DNA of 41,655 nucleotides from a virus (Duplodnaviria > Caudoviricetes), in IMG/VR virus record IMGVR_UViG_3300032235_000202, positions 1 to 41,655 of that record; one strand, given 5' to 3'. Made by a program: the position numbers and the translations under genes. The notes under the pieces are model-generated. The model saw nothing but the letters and a program-made list of their open reading frames with translations. It was not told the DNA's origin and made no database searches. How positions within the stretch are numbered: the stretch's first letter is position 1; each line of letters starts with the position of its first letter. Shown piece after piece: positions 29,043-36,021 of the stretch.

Positions 29043-29285
29043 GAATAAATATAGTAAAAAGTTCACTATTAGCGAACAAGATTTCACGCCCAGTCTACGT
29101 TTCAGCTATGCTACTAATGTATTCTATGTATTCCCCGGTGTGCTCCGGTGAAGTCTGATTGGTGCGAACTTGAGATATGTGACTAGCTTGGGGACATATA
29201 GCCATACATACACATGCCTGCACTGGGTAAACCTACTTCCCTGTACCGAGTACCCTACCCTAGTGAAACACTAGACTATCATAGT

Positions 29286-30023
29286 TTAACATAAGTTTAA
29301 CTACTAGCCTGTTGATTAGTCTACTAATCTAGTAGATTGATTATCAGTCTATTATAGTAGTAGACTATGTGGATAACCCTATAACCCTATCTCTTTAGTA
29401 GACTATTCCATTATCACTACCTGTTTACCCTACCTGTTTAGTAGACTACTATATTTTTCTATCCATACTACTTTATTTCCATATATGCTTCAGTTCCAAT
29501 CAGTTTTAACTAATCTTTAACTATTGTTCCTATCCTGCCATACCTTAATGCATTGTTTGTTCATTTCCAAATACAATCCGTAACCTTAACAATACTTTAC
29601 ATCCTCCTTAACATTTCTTTATGTTAAATCCTTTAACGCATTTTAAGCTCCATTTAGGCTGTTTTTAGCCCATCTACCCTGTTTTGATACCTATACATTA
29701 CCCATGTCAAGATAGTCGAAATTTGAGGAGATTTGCTTTCGAAAACGTTTTCGTAAACTATTTTAACAGTCCATTAACTATCATTCTCACGGATAATCAT
29801 TATACACGTAGGTGTGCGTTTATTCTCTCTTTTGTGGACTGTAGGATGCCCAGCAGCCATTTGTTAAAACTTTCTTAAAGCTTGTTTTAGGTGTTTTTTA
29901 TTCCAAATAAAGTTTGCAATTTTACAATGTGAACGGCAGCACACTAACTGCCGAAGTTCTTTCGGGTTTCTTTAACAAATGGTCTTTAACAATACTTTGT
30001 GACGACTTTAACACCACCTTAAC
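29286..30023. repeat. TTAAC direct repeats with 11-bp period
   Basis: Pairs at 29286/29297, 29506/29517, 29763/29774, 30008/30019; 22-bp spacing at 29586/29608 and 29986/30008; a reverse-strand pair at 29863/29874. Confidence 0.7.
29317..29448. repeat. TAGTAGACTA iteron-like repeats with an adjacent DnaA box
   Basis: Exact copies at 29358, 29396, 29439, inverted copy at 29317, variants at 29330 and 29345; TGTGGATAA at 29368-29376. Confidence 0.7.
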
Positions 30024-30034
30024 AAAGTGGTTTG

Positions 30035-30042
30035 TATGTTTG
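30035..30042 (+). promoter_or_regulatory. Rightward (early) Bacteroidota -7 promoter element TATGTTTG
   Basis: TAnnTTTG followed by CA, immediately upstream of the hairpin-rich region. Confidence 0.55.
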
Positions 30043-30049
30043 CAAAGTG

Positions 30050-30395
30050 ATACGGAAATGAGCTTTTTAGCTCGAAACGTTCAGACATGATGGGATTACA
30101 TCCGCAATGGATGCCCTGCAAGGCGCAATGCCGTTCCTGTTCTGACTCTCTTACGTCCAATGCTACAATGACGTTAAACTGCTGAAAAGCAGACTACACA
30201 AATGGGTAGTATTTGGGGCAAATGGTGAGCATACACTATGGGTTTGAATCCCGAATATGCCGACGAAAGCAGGACATCTGCAAGTAATTGAAGACAAAAC
30301 ATAGGATAGGTATGCCCAAGATATCCCCTGTCGATTGTTGTGGTATAAGCAAGGTCGATTTATTCACCTGAGGAAAGCCATACGAAATAACAAAA
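30050..30395 (+). ncRNA. Candidate structured non-coding RNA or long 5' leader of unknown family
   Basis: No ORF of 60 aa or more; at least eight stems visible by eye, GAAA/GCAA-type loops, a T-loop-like hairpin and possible long-range pairings. Confidence 0.5.
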
Positions 30396-30409
30396 TTTTA
30401 ACATTTCAT

Positions 30410-30464
30410 GACTGCATGATACGAGCCCGCTCGGGATAGGCATTCGTCCATTGCCCATGCAGTC
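30410..30464 (+). other. Structured RNA element (closing stem stacked on an inner hairpin)
   Basis: GACTGCATG/CATGCAGTC 9-bp stem with a contiguous GGCA/TGCC hairpin. Confidence 0.55.
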
Positions 30465-30495
30465 CTCATTTTAACAAACATTTAAACTTTACATT

Positions 30496-30825
30496 ATGGC
30501 AAAGCAATCTATCTACAAGCAAAAGGGTTATTTGAACGAAGGTATCACAGGTAAGCAGGTACAACAGGCAAAGAAGGATACCAACATCGCAGTGAAAGCA
30601 GACAATACATCATTCTCATTCTGTCTCAAGCAGGTAATCAAGCATGACCAAAACTATCTGACATCCTTCAAGGGATTCAAGAAGGCAGACCTAACTCCTG
30701 CCAATCTCCTGCCTTTGCTCACTGAAAGGGAGAAGGGATGGAAGTTTAGTGCTGACCTTGTAATGAAACTTGTGGCAAGATACTACAAGGCATCAGTAGT
30801 AGTACCTGTAAGGGTAGCTGCCTAA
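30496..30825 (+). CDS. Hypothetical protein, first early gene
   Basis: 109 aa with an A-rich initiation region. Confidence 0.7.
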   Translation: MAKQSIYKQKGYLNEGITGKQVQQAKKDTNIAVKADNTSFSFCLKQVIKHDQNYLTSFKGFKKADLTPANLLPLLTEREKGWKFSADLVMKLVARYYKASVVVPVRVAA

Positions 30826-30833
30826 TTTCCCCA

Positions 30834-30881
30834 TGCCCATAGCATAGAGCGTAGGTGGAGCGATACCACCATGGGCAACAA
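30834..30881 (+). other. tRNA-top-half-like RNA element
   Basis: 7-bp TGCCCAT/ATGGGCA stem contiguous with a 5-bp GGTGG/CCACC stem and 7-nt loop. Confidence 0.55.
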
Positions 30882-30897
30882 ATCAAAACCTAAACAC

Positions 30898-31146
30898 ATG
30901 GACTCTATCAACAAAATTCAGCTTCTGTGCCTGTTACAGGACACAATTGTGCATTACAAGCATGGCATGAGACTTTCACGTAACTCTGCACAATTCAAGG
31001 CAATGTTCTGCGAATCAATAGGACTGCCAAGAAATACCAAGTCAGAAAAACTCCTGTCAGTACTAGGTCACATCTATGACCAAAATGGGATGCGTGACAA
31101 GTTCATATCTGTCTGCACAAATCACGGATTAATTGTAAACTTCTAA
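30898..31146 (+). CDS. Hypothetical protein
   Basis: Likely ATG at 30898 after AAACCTAAACAC (the track starts at 30871, inside the RNA stem). Confidence 0.6.
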   Translation: MDSINKIQLLCLLQDTIVHYKHGMRLSRNSAQFKAMFCESIGLPRNTKSEKLLSVLGHIYDQNGMRDKFISVCTNHGLIVNF

Positions 31147-31156
31147 ACCAATAACC

Positions 31157-31339
31157 ATGCAAGAAGCAAAACACATCATTAAATGCATAGGCATAGCCAT
31201 GCTCATCATGTACGGAATCGTGACATTCATCTCATACCTACCTAACCCATCTGATTGGGGAGTTGGAGGTAGGGCAGCATTCCTGTTCTTTGGTATGCTG
31301 ATTGGATTCGTAACATCATTATTCAACAATAAAAATTAA
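31157..31339 (+). CDS. Small membrane protein with two predicted TM helices
   Basis: 60 aa, two hydrophobic segments flanking PNPSDWGVGGR. Confidence 0.6.
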   Translation: MQEAKHIIKCIGIAMLIMYGIVTFISYLPNPSDWGVGGRAAFLFFGMLIGFVTSLFNNKN

Positions 31340-31343
31340 ACAC

Positions 31344-31574
31344 ATGAATAGTAGACAGTTCTTAAGAGAACTCTCCAACATAGCAGGAGAGACGGCAGCT
31401 CTCAACTTTATGATGAACATAAAGGATTTCAGCTATCTTGAATACATATTCCGTTCGACTAGCGTAAGGCAGGGAGTTGGAGCAGCATTCAATTGGGACG
31501 AAACACCTGAGGGTATATCCTATTGGGCAGAAGTATACGGGAAAGTAAAGGAAACAGAAAACGAAAGCATATGA
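31344..31574 (+). CDS. Hypothetical protein
   Basis: 76 aa with AFNWDETPEGISYW, a motif common in small phage proteins. Confidence 0.65.
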   Translation: MNSRQFLRELSNIAGETAALNFMMNIKDFSYLEYIFRSTSVRQGVGAAFNWDETPEGISYWAEVYGKVKETENESI

Positions 31575-31768
31575 GAAACAGAATACCCATGCCTGTCAGG
31601 TCTAAGCACAAACCTACGGCAACAAAAGTAGAGAGGGTAGAGGATGCCCTAATCCGTAAGTACATGGATGCCTACGGATGCACTATTAAGGAGGCAAGGC
31701 AGATGCTTTCCATCCTAGAATTGAAAATGAAAATGTCTAAACCTGAACTTTATGTATATCAAGGGTAG
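31571..31768 (+). CDS. Hypothetical protein
   Basis: ATG at 31571 overlaps the previous stop (ATGA). Confidence 0.5.
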   Translation: MRNRIPMPVRSKHKPTATKVERVEDALIRKYMDAYGCTIKEARQMLSILELKMKMSKPELYVYQG

Positions 31769-32501
31769 TAAAATTATATGGGAGGGTACATCCTCCTACA
31801 ATGGAGAGAAGATAGCCGTCATCATGACAGGTCTTGACGGAGACTCCACAAATGTCAAGACAGGTGGCATGGTACAAACCTACATCATCCTACAAGATAA
31901 GCCTCCACTTGAGGCAGTCAAGGACGGGAGTGATGTAGCCATATGCGGAGACTGCAAACATCGTCCATCACTGGCAAGAGAAACAGGTGAGGCTATATGC
32001 TATGTGGAAGTAGGCAAGGGAGCATCTCAAGTATGGAAGGCATACAAGAGAGACAGATACGAGCGGATTACCTTGGAACAGGCAGCTGAACTCGTCAAGG
32101 GCAAGAACGTCAGGTTTGGTACGTATGGTGACCCATGTGTCGCTCCAATTGAGGTCTTCCAAACCTTGGCAGATTCCTGCAAGGGTAGGACAGGCTACAC
32201 ACACAGGTGGATGGACAGGGGATTCGACATGAGATGGAAGGACCTTGTGATGGCATCCGTTGACAATCACATGGAGGTACTTGTTGCCAAGGACATGGGC
32301 ATGAGGTACTTCAGGGTTGACATTGGCGTGAACACACCACTACAAGGTGAGGTGAGATGTCCGGCATCCAAGGAGGCAGGGCAGAAGACTACATGCAACA
32401 GCTGTAGGTTGTGTGCAGGGACATCAATCAAGGCAAAGAACATAGTAATAGCTGACCACGGACTAGGACATAAATCACGAGCACTAAAACAACAAGCATG
32501 A
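31752..32501 (+). CDS. Cys-rich gp88-like / radical-SAM-related putative Fe-S protein
   Basis: TNVKTG, ICGDC...CYV, VRFGTYGD, TGYTHRW, MASVD and CPA...TCNSCRLC motifs. Confidence 0.55.
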   Translation: MYIKGSKIIWEGTSSYNGEKIAVIMTGLDGDSTNVKTGGMVQTYIILQDKPPLEAVKDGSDVAICGDCKHRPSLARETGEAICYVEVGKGASQVWKAYKRDRYERITLEQAAELVKGKNVRFGTYGDPCVAPIEVFQTLADSCKGRTGYTHRWMDRGFDMRWKDLVMASVDNHMEVLVAKDMGMRYFRVDIGVNTPLQGEVRCPASKEAGQKTTCNSCRLCAGTSIKAKNIVIADHGLGHKSRALKQQA

Positions 32502-32749
32502 GACAGACAATCAAGGTAGAAGACTTCATCCAATTCGGTAACAGGATGGTGAACATTGAGGACAATGACACATACACATCATATCCTTCATTCTACACGA
32601 GAGAATACAGGGAGGCATGGTGTGATGCCATGGAGAAGGTGCTACACATGGCAGATAGGTACGGCGGATTCTATTTCAATAAGGGTGACAACCCGCCATA
32701 CGATAGCGCAGAATATTATAACAGGAGATACTTAATCAAAAACAAATGA
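32498..32749 (+). CDS. Hypothetical protein
   Basis: 83 aa, ATGA overlaps at both ends. Confidence 0.6.
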   Translation: MRQTIKVEDFIQFGNRMVNIEDNDTYTSYPSFYTREYREAWCDAMEKVLHMADRYGGFYFNKGDNPPYDSAEYYNRRYLIKNK

Positions 32750-32904
32750 GAGAGAAATTAATCGATGCAATCATTGACCTAGCAGGAGATGAACTTGAGT
32801 CTACAAGTGACCTCATTCTCCTAGCAAAAGACTCAGAAGAGCAGCTAGTAGACAGGCTGATATCCGTAGCAGAGTACTATAAAAATACTTTAGAGAATTC
32901 TTAA
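32746..32904 (+). CDS. Hypothetical acidic protein, 52 aa (not in ORF track)
   Basis: MREKLIDAIIDLAGDELES...; ATGA overlap with the previous gene. Confidence 0.55.
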   Translation: MREKLIDAIIDLAGDELESTSDLILLAKDSEEQLVDRLISVAEYYKNTLENS

Positions 32905-32929
32905 CATCTAACATTGTAAATTCGCAAAC

Positions 32930-33274
32930 ATGACACTGAAACAGGAACTTATCGACATCATCAAGGACACTCCAGAGTACTGGGAAATCATAACGAAGGC
33001 TTTCAATAAGCTGAGCTATGAAGAGCTCAGAACATATGTACCGCTCTCACACCAACAACAGGTGAGGGAGGCACAGCTACGGCACAGGATTAAAGTCATA
33101 CGAGACGACCTTAACGAGCTAACTAACTACCTAAACATGCTAGGACTACACAAGGAATTGAACAGAGAGATAGATGGCATAAGCGGATGGTCTTACATCG
33201 GCAACATTGACGCAGCCTGTGACCTATCCTCTGACGAGTGCTACGATTGGAAACCATATTCATCTAACAAATAA
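32930..33274 (+). CDS. Hypothetical protein
   Basis: 114 aa; promoter-like TAAATTCG 5 nt upstream. Confidence 0.6.
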   Translation: MTLKQELIDIIKDTPEYWEIITKAFNKLSYEELRTYVPLSHQQQVREAQLRHRIKVIRDDLNELTNYLNMLGLHKELNREIDGISGWSYIGNIDAACDLSSDECYDWKPYSSNK

Positions 33275-33285
33275 AACATAAACAA

Positions 33286-34218
33286 ATGAGCGCAGACAAC
33301 ATCATCAAATCCGCATTCAGCGGTCTTCATCAGACAGACAACATCGAGAAAGTATCAGACATCCTTGACCGCTTCGGTCTTAGGTGGTCAGTGTCCAAGC
33401 AACCACTCTTTCTGCCCGATGGCGAAGAGACTCCATACCTAGCAGTTGTCCGTGATGACAACAAGCAGGTGTTCACTACCTGCAAGGCTGGGTACACACC
33501 ATACCAAAACTCAGAACTTGCTGAGCTCTTGGTACGTATCTCTGAGAAGACAGGATACGACATCCACTCAGGTGGTATCTTCAATGGCGGTGGCAAGGTA
33601 TACATTCAGCTCTCCACAGGCAACGAGATTAGTGACCTTGGCAAGAACAGAACTAAAGTCAAGGGTTATGTGACTGGCATCAATGGTCACGATGGTACTA
33701 CCTCACTCAAGTGGGGGTCAGTTAACTTCACCATCTGCTGTGAGAATACATTCGCAGCAGCTAGGGGTAGCCTACAGAATACTGCACGGCACACCAACTC
33801 CATCCATGACAGGGTTGAGACATCCATCCGTGAGATTGTTAGCGTGACCAAGGTTGAGCAGAGCATCTTCGATACCTTCATCAAGCTCAGTGAGATTCCT
33901 GCCACAAGGGACAACATCAAGGCTATCGTCAAGGCTACCACAGGTGTGGATGTTGACACGCCACGCAGCAAGGCAGCTGACATCTACTCAGCCTACGCTG
34001 TCAATCGTAGCGGTGAGATGCTTCAGTCTATCGGTAGCGAGATGGCTGTCAAGGGTGAGACACTGTGGGGATTGTTCAGCGGTGTTACACACTACACATC
34101 CCATGTCATGCCGACACCCAAGCGTGAGAATGCAAGGCTTGAGTCCAAGTATGTTGGCAACGGAGGTAACATCGACAACGATGTCTACGAATCTATTGTA
34201 AAGATGGCACGTATCTGA
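33286..34218 (+). CDS. DUF932 / TIGR03299-like phage-plasmid protein
   Basis: LRWSVSKQPL, YTPYQNSEL, NGHDGTTSL, ICCENTF, RHT and TLWGLFSGVTHY motifs. Confidence 0.8.
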   Translation: MSADNIIKSAFSGLHQTDNIEKVSDILDRFGLRWSVSKQPLFLPDGEETPYLAVVRDDNKQVFTTCKAGYTPYQNSELAELLVRISEKTGYDIHSGGIFNGGGKVYIQLSTGNEISDLGKNRTKVKGYVTGINGHDGTTSLKWGSVNFTICCENTFAAARGSLQNTARHTNSIHDRVETSIREIVSVTKVEQSIFDTFIKLSEIPATRDNIKAIVKATTGVDVDTPRSKAADIYSAYAVNRSGEMLQSIGSEMAVKGETLWGLFSGVTHYTSHVMPTPKRENARLESKYVGNGGNIDNDVYESIVKMARI

Positions 34219-34226
34219 TAACCACA

Positions 34227-34254
34227 GGAGGGGTGTAACTGCCCCTCCACTTTT
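34227..34254 (+). terminator. Terminator-like hairpin
   Basis: GGAGGGG-N8-CCCCTCC followed by ACTTTT. Confidence 0.6.
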
Positions 34255-34266
34255 AAAAACTATACC

Positions 34267-34452
34267 ATGGAATTAGTAATTAAAAAAGAACGAGCAAAGA
34301 ACTTCCTGTCCTGCGAGATGTGCAACAAGTACACGATAACAGCCACGATAGATGGAGTAGTTTACTCACAGTCTTATTACGGATACCCAAAGAGGATGGC
34401 TATATCAGCATTCAAGAAGTACGTAAAGAATGAAACTAAAGAGACTGCATAA
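34267..34452 (+). CDS. Hypothetical protein
   Basis: 61 aa with a CEMC motif; AAACTATA leader. Confidence 0.55.
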   Translation: MELVIKKERAKNFLSCEMCNKYTITATIDGVVYSQSYYGYPKRMAISAFKKYVKNETKETA

Positions 34453-34467
34453 CATAAACTATACAAC

Positions 34468-34623
34468 ATGACTACAAACGAACTACGGCAAATGATTATT
34501 GAGAACTTTATCCTGCACTACACTAGCGATGATGCAGAGAGGGAGCAGATGATTAGCTGTGCCTTTGATTACTGCAAAGAATCTGATGTTGAATTTAGCT
34601 CAAGCATCAAACTGACAGACTAG
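34468..34623 (+). CDS. Hypothetical protein, 51 aa (not in ORF track)
   Basis: MTTNELRQMIIENF...; preceded by the repeated leader AAACTATACAAC. Confidence 0.55.
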   Translation: MTTNELRQMIIENFILHYTSDDAEREQMISCAFDYCKESDVEFSSSIKLTD

Positions 34624-34642
34624 AATATTAAAACTATACAAC

Positions 34643-34837
34643 ATGATAAGCATTAATGACTTTGAATTTGAGTTCACAGGGTACGGTCACTACAAGGTGA
34701 CATACACATCTCCAAAGACATGGAAGAAGTGGGTAGCAATAACCACTGACATGAGGCTGATTGATGCCACCAAGAACTGCGGTGGGTACGCCAAAAAGAC
34801 AGACCTCAACACACTTAAACGATTATGTAAATCATGA
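34643..34837 (+). CDS. Hypothetical protein
   Basis: 64 aa (FTGYGHYKVTYTSP); repeated leader upstream. Confidence 0.65.
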   Translation: MISINDFEFEFTGYGHYKVTYTSPKTWKKWVAITTDMRLIDATKNCGGYAKKTDLNTLKRLCKS

Positions 34838-34983
34838 TTAAGGTATACTTCGAGACTAAAGGGTACGCAGAACACGTAGCTACATTCTTCAGTAAAGAGA
34901 TGTACATGAGTTGTCTCAGTTCCCTACAAGCCATGTGCGAAAAGCTTGGCTTTGATATTGTAACCGAATCAGTAGAATATTAA
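34834..34983 (+). CDS. Hypothetical protein, 49 aa (not in ORF track)
   Basis: MIKVYFETKGYAEHVATF...; ATGA overlap. Confidence 0.55.
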   Translation: MIKVYFETKGYAEHVATFFSKEMYMSCLSSLQAMCEKLGFDIVTESVEY

Positions 34984-34994
34984 AACTATATAAC

Positions 34995-35219
34995 ATGCGG
35001 ACAAAATCTGACCAAATCGAAATCGACAACGCTAGAGAAATCCTTAGGTCTCACGGCTACTACGTTGACAACCTGTGGCACGTAGCAGATGTGCTAGATA
35101 GGTGTGACGTAACTAACGAGGAAGCCTATGACATCTTAGATGATGTACTAACGGGTGACGTCATTACCCACATCAATGAGTGTATACAGGACTATATAGA
35201 TAATAAATTCAGGATATGA
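34995..35219 (+). CDS. Hypothetical acidic protein
   Basis: 74 aa; repeated leader upstream. Confidence 0.6.
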   Translation: MRTKSDQIEIDNAREILRSHGYYVDNLWHVADVLDRCDVTNEEAYDILDDVLTGDVITHINECIQDYIDNKFRI

Positions 35220-35398
35220 CATACCAACTCTTTCTATTCAGTAAGCTATACGACATCCACAAGCCATCCCAAGAGCCGTACGATGTAGTGTACGAAGATG
35301 TACTTCGTCTGCATGATGATTGGCTATTTTGGGACACCTTCAATGGTGGCAGCATTGGAGAGTATGAATCAATGGAAACATTTCTTAAATCACACTAA
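35216..35398 (+). CDS. Hypothetical protein
   Basis: 60 aa, ATGA overlap. Confidence 0.55.
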   Translation: MTYQLFLFSKLYDIHKPSQEPYDVVYEDVLRLHDDWLFWDTFNGGSIGEYESMETFLKSH

Positions 35399-35409
35399 AT
35401 ATTAAACAC

Positions 35410-35736
35410 ATGAACAAGTCAGAACTTCTCACACAACTCAACAACCAAATCGATTGCGTATTCACACTGGCACAGGTCAAGACTATGATTGAAGGCTTGG
35501 AGCAGGAGACAACCTTTGATGTAGATAAAGTCTACAAGGATATAGAATCACGGATACAGATAGAGATTGAACAGATTGACGATAGCGATATTGCTAATGA
35601 TGACTCATTTTCATTCTACTTGGATGACAGGGAGGTTTGTATAGAGCGTGTTGATATCAACTATGCACCAATTCGCAGGGCTGTGCGTGAAGGACTTAAT
35701 GAGTGGAAGAGTAGCTTAGTAGCCAACAACGACTAG
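35410..35736 (+). CDS. Hypothetical acidic protein
   Basis: 108 aa, Asp/Glu rich. Confidence 0.6.
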   Translation: MNKSELLTQLNNQIDCVFTLAQVKTMIEGLEQETTFDVDKVYKDIESRIQIEIEQIDDSDIANDDSFSFYLDDREVCIERVDINYAPIRRAVREGLNEWKSSLVANND

Positions 35737-35793
35737 TATCTATGGGGTGCAGCATCCTACACTGCAATATTTTATAACCTTTAAATTTTATTT

Positions 35794-36018
35794 ATGAAGT
35801 TAACTATCATCGCTCTCCTGCTGTCGCTGTCTACCACAGCCACCGAAAAGTGCAAGGGTGTTACCAAATCAGGTAAGCCGTGTCAATCTACATTCGTAAC
35901 CAAGCAAGGTTACTGCAACGCTCACAATCCTTCATCCAATCGATGCCCTTACGTAAAGCCTGACGGCACAAAGTGTAAGATGGTATCAAATGGTCTATGT
36001 AGGTTTCATAAAATGTAA
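35794..36018 (+). CDS. Small signal-peptide protein with two C-C-C-H repeats
   Basis: MKLTIIALLLSLSTTA followed by CKGVTKSGKPC..YCNAH and CPYVKPDGTKC..LCRFH. Confidence 0.65.
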   Translation: MKLTIIALLLSLSTTATEKCKGVTKSGKPCQSTFVTKQGYCNAHNPSSNRCPYVKPDGTKCKMVSNGLCRFHKM

Positions 36019-36021
36019 TAT

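Noticed and set aside
29280-29460. CRISPR array or mini-array
   Set aside because: Repeats are only 10 bp, irregularly spaced and in both orientations; no cas genes in the window
29684-29878. 64-aa ORF in the control region
   Set aside because: TTG start, no A-rich leader, atypical composition, overlaps the TTAAC boxes
30186-30330. Group I intron R/S-like words (AGACTACA, AAGATAT)
   Set aside because: No P7 pairing partner (TAGTC) and no interrupted gene
30292-30382. RNase P RNA-like words (GAGGAAAGCC, ACAAAACAT, AGCAAG)
   Set aside because: Their order fits neither canonical nor circularly permuted RNase P RNA, the bulged U of P4 is missing and P5 cannot form
30335-30392. Hammerhead-like core CTGAGGA...GAAA with a possible stem III TTGTTGT/ATAACAA
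   Set aside because: No stem II can form in AAGCCATAC and the cleavage-site base would be G; not supportable as a hammerhead without covariation or cleavage data
30229-30881. Canonical tRNA genes
   Set aside because: The T-arm-like hairpins lack D and anticodon arms; reported as mimics instead
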